From Octopus bimaculoides (taxonomy: Eukaryota): a stretch of DNA of 61,329 nt. The notes beneath the pieces were generated by a model. That model did not search any database, had not been told where the DNA came from, and saw nothing but the letters and a program-made list of their open reading frames with translations. Shown here one piece after another: positions 38,044-51,335 of this stretch; position 1 is the first letter of the stretch, and each line of letters starts with the position of its first letter. Location of the stretch: NCBI RefSeq assembly GCF_001194135.2, contig NC_068999.1:53018630-53079958 (forward strand), read 5' to 3'. The position numbers and the translations under genes are program-made.

Positions 38044-38045
<2 letters not shown>
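37879..38045 (+). mobile_element. Chimeric SINE: family C tRNA head fused to family A body
   Basis: gaggcgcaatggcccagtggttagggcagcggactc...gaaaacacctaaagc, then cttacgaatgccttatgagtgaatttagtagatggaaacagcgcagaagcctgccg. Confidence 0.7.
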
Positions 38046-38077
<32 letters not shown>

Positions 38078-38412
38078 AAAGAGACATAAAGAGTGGGAGA
38101 GAGAGACGGAGACAGATAAAAAGATTGATAGATAACCAGTCTTGATTTGTTTAAGTCCCTATGACTGAGCGGTTTGAGACGAGAGATCGATAAAAAGACT
38201 ACCAGACTTCAAAAGAGTCTATAATTCTCGCTTTGTGTTTNNNNNNNNNNNNNNNNNNNNNNNNNNNNNNNNNNNNNNNNNNNNNNNNNNNNNNNNNNNN
38301 NNNNNNNNNNNNNNNNNNNNNNNNNNNNNNNNNNNNNNNNNNNNNNNNNNNNNNNNNNNNNNNNNNNNNNNNNNNNNNNNNNNNNNNNNNNNNNNNNNNN
38401 NNNNNNNNNNNN

Positions 38413-38461
<49 letters not shown>

Positions 38462-39444
38462 CACATAAGTCACTCGACATTAAATCAAAATCCCATAAAT
38501 ACTTAATATTTAATTCTGTTTATTCATTCCAATTATGAATGTTTACAAGAAGGAGTTCATCTTCAACAATCTTCATATTTTCATATTTAGATGCTTTTAA
38601 TAAATTTATTCAGTTGTTAAACATAAATTAATCTTGGAATTAAATGATTTGATTTACTGTCAGATGACTTTTGCCAACCCTGTATATATACATATATAAT
38701 ATCAGGATGATTACTCTGAAATTAGCAGTCATTTTAAATATGCTTTATATTTCCATAGACTTCAGTATATCGACCAGAATAATCAACCTAGTACTTGATA
38801 TTGTAATTCAATAATTTTAAAATGTTTCACTTTCGTATTAAAATATCAAACCATACAATTGTATGATAGAAAGGCTGAAAGAGCTCTTCACATTGAGCAT
38901 TACTATTTGTGTGTCTGTGTCTGTGGCTGAAGGTCAGCGCCATCGTCGTCATTACCACAGACCTCGTTGTCATTAGATTTTTACATCCTTCTTATGATTG
39001 CTGTTATCGTCATAATCGTCGCTCTGGTGGTTGTTGTTGTGGTTGTCATTGTTGTCGCGTGGTGGTTGTGGTGGTAGTGGTGATGATGATGATGATGGTC
39101 GTGGCGGTGGTGGTGGTTAAAAGATACAATTAATACCACAACATGGCTGCTGGACAATTTCAGAAAGACCAGCACCATCTCTAAATGCCTAACATTACAG
39201 TGACACTCTCTCTCTAACCCTCTCTCTCTAACCCTCTCTCTTTATCTCTACATTCTCCCTCTCTCTTTATCTCTACATTCACTCTCTCTCTTTATCTCTC
39301 ACTCTCTATCTCTCTCTTTCTCTCTTTATCTCTCACCCCCTCTCTCTCTCTACTTCCTTTAGAACATCTGCACAACTCGAAAATTTGCTCACTGGGTCAA
39401 GTAGATGCAGCCTTTACGCAACAACAGCAACAACTACAACAAAA

Positions 39445-39523
<79 letters not shown>

Positions 39524-40121
39524 TCCCTGCTTCAGGCACTTGCGAGCCGAAGAGCTGTCCTCTTGCATAGTCACCAGGCCTGATGGAAGTAGTACGTAAA
39601 TCACACACTATTAATGAAACCACTGAAGGTCGCATTGGACAATGCGATGCACATACGTGTGTGTCTATACTTCTGTGTCTCTGTATGTATGTATGTATGT
39701 ATGTATGTATGTATGTATGCATGTATGTACGTATGTATGTATGTATGTGCATATTTATGTGTGTGCTTGTATATACTTATGCATGCATGTGTGTATGTAT
39801 GTATGTATGCGTGTGTTTGTATGTATGTATGTATGTATGCATGTATGTATGTTTGTGTCTATGTATGTATGCATGTATGTATGTATGTATGTATATGTTG
39901 CGCGATAGCACCACTTTATTGTCGACTGGACACAATAGCGATTACGGCAACAGATATATGTGTGTGCTTGTGTTGGTGTGTGTTTGTGTCTCTGTGTGTG
40001 CGGTGTTGTGTATGTGCATGTACAGGAATATGAAATTACAGACGCATATAAACACATATACTCGCATACATATACACACACACACATGCATACATAAATA
40101 TGACTATATATATGTGTGTGT

Positions 40122-40169
<48 letters not shown>

Positions 40170-40726
40170 ATGTATATGTACACTTATATATGTATGTATG
40201 CATAAAACGTACGTACGACACAGAAAAAAACACGGCTCTCAGATAATTTGTCTGGTCTCCCGCTTCCAACTAAATCAATAAGAGAAGTTAGTATACGCAA
40301 CAAGTATATTTTCAAAGTAACTCTTCTTTTCAATGAAATCCACCGGAATTTTTTTTCCGTATTAGGGGAACATCATAACGGCATTTGATGTCCGCCATTA
40401 CGACAACGTAAAATGTAATAACACGTAGAACAGCTGAAGCTATTCAGAGTGTCTATAAACTGTATATATGGCATATGGAGACTATGGAGGGAATGTAAAA
40501 CCGATGAATATGTATGATGGAATACGGCGGACATATGCATTGCGTTAGTGTTGTTATTTTTAATATTTTTGATGATGGTGATGATGATGACCGCGACGAT
40601 GATGATTTTTGATAAAGTTCAGCACAATGATCAAAGGTATTTCAGCTGTGACCGCTCCGTCTTATTTTCAGTTATGCTGCATATTTATCAAACATGTGCT
40701 TCTGTAGCGAAATATACATACTCATA

Positions 40727-40978
<252 letters not shown>

Positions 40979-40984
40979 CCTCTC

Positions 40985-41200
40985 TGGTGTTTACCAAAAC
41001 TACATTAAAATGTTCTGAAATACTAAAGAGTGAATTTATTCAACAAAATCGCCATTGGCTTTAACCACGACCTTCAAACGACTTCGGAATCTCCTGCCAC
41101 TCTTCTGGACCGTGTCCTTGTTTAAGTCGGTGAATGCTGCCATAATCCTTGCCTTCAGTTCATCTTTGGTGCTACAGGGAATTTTTTTGGTCTCTCAATC
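40985..41200 (-). mobile_element. maT (DD37D)-like Tc1/mariner transposase C-terminal remnant
   Basis: Minus frame IPCSTKDELKARIMAAFTDLNKDTVQKSGRRFRSRLKVVVKANGDFVE* (stop at 41036-41038). The family label is from remembered similarity. Confidence 0.72.
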
Positions 41201-41725
41201 GATCAGACGGCAATGTACCGTCCACAAACAACAGATATCCTCCCCACAATATCTCAGTGGACACATTGAAAGATGTGCAGAACAACTGTAACCACAATTA
41301 CTAATCTTCCCATTATACCAATTTGCTATTTGGACCTCAACACAAGTACGACTGAATAAAGAGGCCTCATTTATCGAAAAATATAAGCTGGAATTAAATA
41401 TAAACCCACATTGAAAATTAATGATTTACGCAATTATTATAAGAATCAAATGTAGACCAATATAAAAAATAACAGATTTACCACATTTTTACTGCAAAAT
41501 AACTTGGTTATCAATTATCCCCCTAGCAAAGAAAATGTGTAATTCAAAAATTCATCCAAAACTCATAATTTGAAAAGCGATGGCGAAACCGGTTATTATG
41601 TTGGAAGAAAAAAAATCTTATTTTCTACAATATTGTATAATGTTTTTGCTATTATAATTCTAATATATTCATTAGTCTTGTAAAACAAATCTGTTTCTTC
41701 ACCTTATTTCTTTTCGTGTGTGTGA

Positions 41726-41797
<72 letters not shown>

Positions 41798-42297
41798 TTA
41801 ACAGAATGAGATAAAAATCCAAGGGTGTGAAAGATTTCAGAACATTTTCCAGGATATTTTATATATCCCTTCATCGGAGACGGTGCGAGAAAATGGTTAA
41901 GCAATAGTTATTCTAGAGAAGATATGAAATAGAGAGTGAAGTAGAGGAATGAAAACAAACGTGAGATATGGAGGGATATTATATNNNNNNNNNNNNNNNN
42001 NNNNNNNNNNNNNNNNNNNNNNNNNNNNNNNNNNNNNNNNNNNNNNNNNNNNNNNNNNNNNNNNNNNNNNNNNNNNNNNNNNNNNNNNNNNNNNNNNNNN
42101 NNNNNNNNNNNNNNNNNNNNNNNNNNNNNNNNNNNNNNNNNNNNNNNNNNNNNNNNNNNNNNNNNNNNNNNNNNNNNNNNNNNNNNNNNNNNNNNNNNNN
42201 NNNNNNNNNNNNNNNNNNNNNNNNNNNNNNNNNNNNNNNNNNNNNNNNNNNNNNNNNNNNNNNNNNNNNNNNNNNATTTATATATATACACATCTAT

Positions 42298-42337
<40 letters not shown>

Positions 42338-42410
42338 ATAGATAGAGTTTTTGCATATGTACCTACCTATACATACATATACACGCATATATCCACCTAG
42401 CCATCTATAT

Positions 42411-42441
<31 letters not shown>

Positions 42442-42463
42442 CACACACACATAAACACATGCA

Positions 42464-42500
42464 CTAGTAGAGGTTCCTGACGTTGCCTGGGTACCGTGCC
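42464..42500 (-). mobile_element. Helitron-like 3' terminus
   Basis: Reverse: tacccaggcaacgtcaggaac-ctcta-CTAG|T, a degenerate 'CCCGGGCAACGCCGGG' hairpin just upstream of CTAG followed by T. Confidence 0.4.
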
Positions 42501-42804
42501 AATATTTAAAATCTTCCTTTTCTTTGTGGTATTGGGTAGATTTCTATTTCTTACAAGTTTTTACGTAGTTCTTTTTTTAATGTAAATTATATTTGCACAT
42601 ATACACAGGTTTCTCTGAGGCGATTACTTTGAGACTGCGTTTTTTTATACTTTTAATATTGTGTCTTAAGAAAATATTGTTTTACTTTGCCTGTTATCTT
42701 ATAATTTTAAATTGATATCCTACAAATAAAACAGACACGTGTTTCATTCTGTTAGAACTGTGTAGTAGAGAATATATTTTTGTTCTGCGGTTTATTGTAC
42801 TCAT

Positions 42805-42854
42805 GAAGCGATATCTTCAAACGGGAAGCGATATCTTCGAACAGGAAGCGATAT
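42805..42854. repeat. 20-bp tandem repeat x2.5
   Basis: gaagcgatatcttcaaacgg / gaagcgatatcttcgaacag / gaagcgatat. Confidence 0.9.
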
Positions 42855-43082
42855 AGTCCAACATGTGAGTATGCAGTATAGAACTTACGATGAGAGGAAA
42901 GGAAACTTGCCAGTTTTCAAAAAGGATTCTTGTCAACCGCATCAATTTGGTAACCTCAAGAGCAAGTTACGAATTGTTTATGATCTATGGATACTACTCT
43001 ATCTCTCTCTTTCTCTCTCCCTCTTTCTCTCTCCCTCTATCTATCTATGCATCTATCTATCCATCTATCTACCCATATAGCC

Positions 43083-43144
<62 letters not shown>

Positions 43145-44365
43145 ATACCTCTTTCCTATATTATTTTTTGATACCACGTATACAAGATCTTTTCAAATCC
43201 AGTCTTGAACCAACTATTTAGAATCAGCCTCAATAGTGTTTTCTACAGACTTCATTATTTGCTCCTCGACAGCTAAGAACGACCCTTAATTCTGTCTACA
43301 AATATAATTACACAATAATAATGATTTATCAAACTTTTGTTTTCGGTAGTTGTTTGAATATTTCATATATTTAATTATATTTTTCTTGCTGTTTTTCCTT
43401 TTGTTTTGCAAATTGCTGCTAATGCAATTACGTTTTTAATCTAGTAATCACTAAATGATGGAAGTTTTCGTTCCGAATTAGCTGTATAGAATTTTAAATC
43501 AAGAAAATGTCTCTCCTTTCATTTTTTTATTTTAATTAGTTCATTTCTTTGACTTATTAGTAGTAGTTGTTATTTTTGCGAATAAATTTTCAATTATAAA
43601 CCTAAAATAGATAGTTACGTCTTATGATTGAGTTCAGGCCCATTATTTCGGTAATTACTGAGCTACCCCACTCTCCCTCTCTCTCTCTCTCTTCCATTAC
43701 TCTGGGTATATGTATATATGTGTGTGGGTGTGTATTTGTGTGTTTATACATATATACATATGCATATATATTTGTATGCATGTATATATATATGTATGTA
43801 AATATATATATATATATANNNNNNNNNNNNNNNNNNNNNNNNNNNNNNNNNNNNNNNNNNNNNNNNNNNNNNNNNNNNNNNNNNNNNNNNNNNNNNNNNN
43901 NNNNNNNNNNNNNNNNNNNNNNNNNNNNNNNNNNNNNNNNNNNNNNNNNNNNNNNNNNNNNNNNNNNNNNNNNNNNNNNNNNNNNNNNNNNNNNNNNNNN
44001 NNNNNNNNNNNNNNNNNNNNNNNNNNNNNNNNNNNNNNNNNNNNNNNNNNNNNNNNNNNNNNNNNNNNNNNNNNNNNNNNNNNNNNNNNNNNNNNNNNNN
44101 NNNNNNNNNNNNNNNNNNNNNNNNNNNNNNNNNNNNNNNNNNNNNNNNNNNNNNNNNNNNNNNNNNNNNNNNNNNNNNNNNNNNNNNNNNNNNNNNNNNN
44201 NNNNNNNNNNNNNNNNNNNNNNNNNNNNNNNNNNNNNNNNNNNNNNNNNNNNNNNNNNNNNNNNNNNNNNNNNNNNNNNNNNNNNNNNNNNNNNNNNNNN
44301 NNNNNNNNNNNNNNNNNNNNNNNNNNNNNNNNNNNNNNNNNNNNNNNNNNNNNCTCTCTCTCTTT

Positions 44366-44402
<37 letters not shown>

Positions 44403-45114
44403 TCACTCAATCACTGCCATTCTATTTCAGTGAGGAATATCTTGTTAACAGAAACATTAGATTTTTACTGACATGTAAACGATTATTATTATTACATTTA
44501 ATTATTTTTTTAATAGAATTTGAAAAAAAAGAATTAAGGAAGTGCCATATGTGTGTGATTGTGTGTATGTATATGTGTGCATGCGTTTGTGTGTGCGTGT
44601 GTGTGTGTGTACGAGCGTGTGGTTTCCTACAGTCGTATGTTATTGCTTTTGTTTTTCTTTCTTGCTCTTTTTCCCCTAGGAGTAAAACAGATCTTTCAGG
44701 CTGATTTAGCCGTTCTATTTCTGTGGTGGCTTAGAACATAAAAGTTAGTTTGCATTTTAAGGAGAGAGATAAACGTAACGCTTCCCGTGTTTGTCCATCT
44801 TCGGAGAGAAAAACTATACAGGGGAACGCCACAGTCGACTAAGCCCAAAAAGGTCTAAGATGTTCGATATTCATCTCACGTGGAGGATTGACACCGACGT
44901 TACCAGACGGAGCAGCATCCAGAAGGTGGTGGGGAACTGCCACAGGTGTCAATCCATCGACCCCCACTCCGGGTGTGCAGGAGCGGGAAAGCATTTCAGT
45001 AGAGCACAACTAGGGACGATTAGCAGTGGATGTAACACGGACAATAAGAACATCCCTATCACCATCAACAACAAAATGAAAAAGAAAAAAAATATATATG
45101 ATCGCGAACATCAT

Positions 45115-45369
45115 CAGCAAGACCATTTGTCGCTATCATCATCATCATCATCATCACCACCAATGTCGTTGTCCTCGTCATCATCATTATTATCATCATC
45201 ACAATCATTATCATTGTCACCATTATCAACGACAGCATCAACAGGACCACCACCACCACCATCACCACCACCATCATCATCAACAACTACAGCAGCATTA
45301 ATAGAACCATCATCATCATCATCAACAACAAATCAACATCAAAATCTGTAACATCACGAACGGCGATAG

Positions 45370-45412
<43 letters not shown>

Positions 45413-46028
45413 GTCATCAGCTACAACGACGGTAACAACATGAAGATAACAACAGCAATGAGAAAAGTAGCAATCAATGTCCACAGTTTAACAGCCAGAT
45501 CATCATCACCACCATCATCATCATCACCACCGTCATCATCATCGTCACCACCATCGTCGTCGTCGTCGTCATCGTCGCCGCCGTCATCGTCATCATCATC
45601 ATCATCACCATCAACATGAACAGCAGTGGTAGCCGTAAGATCATCAACCACATCAACAAGAAAAGAAAAAATTGTCACAACAAACAAAAATAAAAACAAA
45701 AACACGTAAACAAGAATAATTTTTTTAAAAAAACAGAAAAGTAGAAATAACACGAATAACAATGCCAACAACATTATCAACGCCATTGTTATTATTAACG
45801 ATAGCAACAGAAACTACTACTACTACTACTACTACCGCAACCAACACCACCCCAACTGCCGCTGCTCCTGCTGCTCTTACCACAACCACTATTACTGCTA
45901 CTAACACAACTACTACTACCACTACAGCTACAACAACTACCACTACTATTACTATTACTACTGCCACCACTGCTCCTACTACTCGACTACCGTTTTTCCT
46001 GCTACTACCACCATCACCACTGCTGCTG

Positions 46029-46068
<40 letters not shown>

Positions 46069-46080
46069 TTCTACTACTAC
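45115..46080. repeat. Extended degenerate (ATC)/(ACC)/(ACT) low-complexity region
   Basis: Mixed trinucleotide arrays; source of many homopolymer ORFs. Confidence 0.88.
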
Positions 46081-46879
46081 AACATATAATTCTACGCGAA
46101 TATCAACGAGTTTCGGCTTCGTATTTCTAACCGTTTTACCAGGAAATAGATAACAACTTCCGGGAATTGAAAAAAAAATACTAAAAACATATACAAATTT
46201 ATATTCAAATAAGTAAACAAATGAAAAAAATAAGCATGCATAACCAGAAACGCAAAAATTCCAGAAAGAAAAGAAAAACACAGAATAGAATAATGTTGAA
46301 AGAAAAAAACATGAAATAAAAAAAATTAAAACAAAAACAATAAAAGACAAGAATTTTGCTGTCCAAACGGTTAAAAATCATTTGGAATTACAGAACAGTT
46401 TTGGTGGCCATTTGAAGTTCAAAAATCTCTCCTTCCCTCCAAATAAGCGTTGCCACCCGCCATTTAACCACAGCTAATAATGCCAGAGTAAAATTGTCAC
46501 AGCCAAACTACATGTGGCTCACATTTTCATCTTAACTCAATAAACTTGATGGAAATGTGAGTAGAAGGAAGAGGAGGTCGTGATTAGAGTTTGTTACTTG
46601 TGATTTCGTTGGGGGTTTTTTTTTTTTGGTTTTGTTTTTACGTTTCTATTGTTTATGATCTATTTTTTTGCGTTTGGTTCTACGTCTTTTATAACCGGAA
46701 GCTTAATTTTTTTTTTCTGTGATGCTTTGTATTTTTATTTCTATTCCAATATATTTTTGCTATTTTTCTCTTTGGGAATTGACAAAAAAAAAAAAAACTC
46801 TGAGTGCCGGGACAAAATTTCTGCCTTGTAGTATTTAGTAATCGTTTAGTTAAAACATTAACGGTATCAAACTTACTGG

Positions 46880-47770
46880 GCTCAGAGCGTCTGCAAAAGT
46901 AGTAATCTAAGATGGTGTTCCAAGGTAAGTTGGTGGTCAAGCACAAGCCCCTCTGAAATTGTCCGTATTGCGAAATCCTGATCTTTTCGAAACGGAACTT
47001 GATTCGTTCTTTGCCATAGCTCCATAATTACCAGAAACTGCCAAGCTAACGTTCTTCAAAACGGTTCTGGTCCGGAATGCAGATTCTGCGACACATTTGA
47101 CGAAACAATAGACCATCTCGTCTCAGGATGTCCTGTGCTGACATCAAACGAATGCAAAAGTCGCCACGATATGGTAGGATAGTATTTACATTAGAGAACA
47201 TGTAAACTTTACACAATCGGCACTCCTGCTTTCTCATCATATTGAGCCAGTCGTGGAAGGTAAAATTGTTATTATACACTAGGATCTTCTAGTCAACACT
47301 GACAGATCGATCCAGGGTAATCGACGAGACATAATTATTAAACATAGGGAAGAAAATACTTGTATACTAATAGATGTAAGTGTTCCCATCGATAAAAATA
47401 TATTTGTAAAGGAACTTGGCTAATTAAGTAAATATAAGGACGTGGAAATTGAAATACAAAAGATGTGGCATCTTAAAGGAAGAACTGTTCCTGTTATTGT
47501 AGGTGACCTTGGTAAAATAAAAAAGGAATGTCCGAAACACCTAAAGAACATCCTTGGAGAACCATGTCGCAGAGAAATTCAAACGATTGTGCTGACAACT
47601 ACTGCCCACATCCTTAGAAAAACCCTATCAATTTAAATGTCTGTTATTTCGCTACTGCCACTTCCCCTCCCCAAGCTTTCAGTCATACTGTAACATCTCT
47701 TATCCTTCATTCGCCCTAGGATGCTGGGTGTGACTCGGCAAGTGATTACAACAAAAATGCAGATTAAAAG
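46880..47770 (+). mobile_element. R4/Dong-like RLE non-LTR retrotransposon 3' end (family 1)
   Basis: TRNCQANVLQNGSGPECRFCDTFDETIDHLVSGC (C-x2-C-x8-H-x4-C), RHD, NRRDIIIKHREENTCILIDVSVPIDKN..VKE...SKYKDVEIEIQKMWHLK..TVPVIVG (PD..D..K endonuclease), ...TAHILRKTLSI*, a short 3' UTR, then (TAA)n. Confidence 0.9.
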
Positions 47771-47787
47771 TAAATAATAATAATAAT

Positions 47788-48015
47788 CCTTTCTGCTATA
47801 GGCACAAGGCCTGAAATTTTGGGGAACGGGTTGAGTCGATTACATCGATCCTAGTACACAACTGGTATTTAATTTATTGAACTCGAAAGGATGAAAGGCA
47901 AAGTCGACCTCGACGGAATTTGAACTCAGAACATAGCGACGGGAGAAATACCGCTAAGCGGAACATAAAGACGGACAAAACGCCGCTAAGCATTTTGTCC
48001 GGCATGCTAACGATA
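47788..48015 (-). mobile_element. SINE family B (tail variant 1), with small internal duplication in the head
   Basis: cctttctgctataggcacaaggcctgaaatttt...gtcgattacatcga...gaaaggatgaaaggcaaagtcgacctcgacggaatttgaactcagaac; the ccgctaagc block occurs twice. Confidence 0.88.
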
Positions 48016-48124
48016 GGTCTAGACCTCTATCTATATGGCTGCCTGTGTATCAATCTATCCATCTATCTGCTAATCTATCTATACCTCTATTCTATACACA
48101 CACATATACACACACATATATCTG

Positions 48125-48187
<63 letters not shown>

Positions 48188-49270
48188 NNNNNNNNNNNNN
48201 NNNNNNNNNNNNNNNNNNNNNNNNNNNNNNNNNNNNNNNNNNNNNNNNNNNNNNNNNNNNNNNNNNNNNNNNNNNNNNNNNNNNNNNNNNNNNNNNNNNN
48301 NNNNNNNNNNNNNNNNNNNNNNNNNNNNNNNNNNNNNNNNNNNNNNNNNNNNNNNNNNNNNNNNNNNNNNNNNNNNNNNNNNNNNNNNNNNNNNNNNNNN
48401 NNNNNNNNNNNNNNNNNNNNNNNNNNNNNNNNNNNNNNNNNNNNNNNNNNNNNNNNNNNNNNNNNNNNNNNNNNNNNNNNNNNNNNNNNNNNNNNNNNNN
48501 NNNNNNNNNNNNNNNNNNNNNNNNNNNNNNNNNNNNNNNNNNNNNNNNNNNNNNNNNNNNNNNNNNNNNNNNNNNNNNNNNNNNNNNNNNNNNNNNNNNN
48601 NNNNNNNNNNNNNNNNNNNNNNNNNNNNNNNNNNNNNNNNNNACCATCGACGCCCCCACCACCACCACCACCACCACCACCACACCCTGACATCCTCCAC
48701 ACTGTATCCACCGTCATTAGTAGCCCACCCAACAATAATTCCAATCCCATTAGTGGCACCACGCCTACCATTTTTGCCTTGTCGCCACCATCACCGCAAC
48801 GAGCAGCACCGTCGCAAGCCTCACCATCACTGCCAGTACCACTACCGTAACCACCACCACAAATACTACCATCACAAGCACCACCACCATTAGCATCACG
48901 ACTACTACCATCACCACTACATCTCCCAGCTTACTACTACTACTACTACCATCACTACTAACACCGACAGAACCCCACCCAGCCCCCGACCAGCACCACC
49001 AACTTACCACCTTACCAACCATTATCATAGCATCCATCATCATCATCATTGTCATGACCATCAGTACCACGATCACCACCGCCACCATTGTCAATATATT
49101 GGCAATGCCCACCGCTACAGTCCATCTATGAAGGAAGCCTCAAGGCGTCGTTAATTCTGTTGGAAATAGGAGTCGTCTCCTACCTAAAAGAAGAAGGACA
49201 CATTGGATGCTATAATCTCGGATATGCAATAAGTTGACGACAAACTACCGCCACCAACAAAATCTATAAC

Positions 49271-50176
49271 AAAACTTTCAGATAGAGACGGTCGGACTCC
49301 TACGCGAATTGTTAGAGAGGATCATAAAAGTACAGCTCCCAAAATTACTGCAGAGCTTAATGACCACCTCGAGAACCCAGTTTCCTCAAAAACTGTTCGC
49401 CGGGGGCTGCACAAAGCCGGATTTCACGGGAATGCTACAATCAGAAAATCACTACTATCAAAAACAAACGTTGCAAAGCATTTAGAGAGGAGTAAAAACC
49501 TACAGAATTGGTCTTTTGAACAGTGAAAGAATGTTATTTTCTCGGACGAGTCATCCTTTACCTTATTTCCGACCACCGGTCGAGTATACGTGTGGTGACA
49601 GCCAAAAGAAGCGTTTGACCCAGACTGCCTTCTTCTAACTGTTAAGCATGGAGAAGGATCTGTGATGATCTGGGGTGGGGTGCTATATCTTGGAAATCCG
49701 CCGGCCCAATCGTTTCTCTTCATGTTAGAATGAATAATCAAGACTATATAAGCATTCTATCTGATCAAATCTATCCTATGGTTGTGGAACTGTTTCCGGA
49801 GGGAAACGGAATTTTTCAGGATGATAATGCACCAATCACACAGCTAAAGTTGTTACTGAATGGCACGAGGAACATTCTAGTGAAGTTGAACATATTATCT
49901 GGCCACCACAATCTCCAGATCGCAATATTATTGAACATTTATGGTGCATTTTAGAAAAACAATTAAGGAGTCCATATCCTCCACCATCATCACTACAAGA
50001 ACTGGAGACTGTTTTAGCTGAAGAATGGACACAAATTCCTTTGGAAACAATTCAAACTTTGTACGAGTCCATACCTCGTAGAATTCAAGGTGTAATTACT
50101 GCCAAAGGCGGTCCTGTCTCATATTAAAGTAAATTTGTTCGAAATTTTAAAGTGTTTCCATTATTTTGTCCAACTC

Positions 50177-50181
<5 letters not shown>
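49271..50181 (+). mobile_element. Tc1-like transposase pseudogene, 5'-truncated, apparent DD36E spacing
   Basis: KLSDRD...TVRR.LHKAGFHG...VIFSDESSF...TVKHGEGSVMIWG...IFQDDNAP...WPPQSPDRNIIEHLW...AKGGPVSY* (stop at 50125-50127); 3' TIR at 50152-50181. Several stops and frameshifts. Confidence 0.95.
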
Positions 50182-50221
<40 letters not shown>

Positions 50222-50339
50222 CACATATATATATATACATATACATATATATAAATTCTGCAATACTTGCTTGTGTGGTAGTTTGCAGGTTATATATCAT
50301 GAAACCGAAGCAGTTTACGCCGTGGTAGTTGGTGCAATG

Positions 50340-51005
50340 AATCGTTGTGCATAGCCTTATTCGGTTTGTGATTTTAAAGCTGCTCAGAGGAATGTGTAAC
50401 GTTGTCTTATTCGGGAATTTATTCTTTATGGGTTTGAATTGGGTCATAACAACGCGGAAGCAACCAAAACCATTTGTTGTGCTGAAGGTGAATTTGCAGT
50501 TGATCACAGTACAGTAAACATTTGTTTCAAGAAATTTCTCTCAGGCTGCAATAACATCGACTTACGAGGCCGCTCTCCTAGCCATAGAGGCAAATCCGTG
50601 AAGTAGTACTCGTAGGGTATCAGGCGAACTTGCCATCTCACGGTTGTGTGCAATTGTGCAGCAAAAAATACCCGGCTTTGGATAGCAGAAAGCAAGTTCT
50701 TCTGCAGCAAGACAACGCAAGACTCCATACCGCTCGAAAAACCGTGAATGAAGCCCAGGAACCTGACGGAATCGAACTGATGCTGCACCCAGTGTATCGT
50801 GCAGACTTAGCTCCCTCGGATTATTATTAATTCTGATTCATGGCCCACTTTCTGCGCTCAAGATGCCCCATCAACCGAGAAGAGGTGAAAGCTTCAGTAA
50901 AGGAGTTCTTCGCATCGGACAAGAACTGGTACCAAGGCGGAATCAAAGAACTGATCGAAAGGTGGCTTAAGACGATGCACCACCTTGACCGAGATTACAT
51001 GACTT
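50340..51005 (+). mobile_element. mariner transposase pseudogene with large internal deletion
   Basis: N-terminal IREFILYGFELGHNNAEATKTICCAEGEFAVDHSTV..CFKKF.SG and EANP*SSTRRVSGELAIS, joined to C-terminal KQVLLQQDNARLHTARKT...HPVYRADLAPSDYY*F...IKELIERW. Confidence 0.9.
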
Positions 51006-51283
51006 TTTGCTTAGGATAAAAGATTGAGTGACTTTATAATTCAATGATGAAAGATAAAATGTACCTGTAATACCAATGATCCAACCTGGTTACACATACA
51101 CACTGTGTTGCCTATTAAGTCTAGTCAAGGATAATGGTCAAAGTATACGCGTCTGTGGAATACTCTGCCATTTATACAACAATGAGTTGGTCAACTGGTC
51201 GAAAAACTGGAATTCTACTCAAAGATCCACGCACAAATCCATTTTATTATTTTGTATTTCGTTCAAAGTTACTACTACTACTG

Positions 51284-51335
<52 letters not shown>

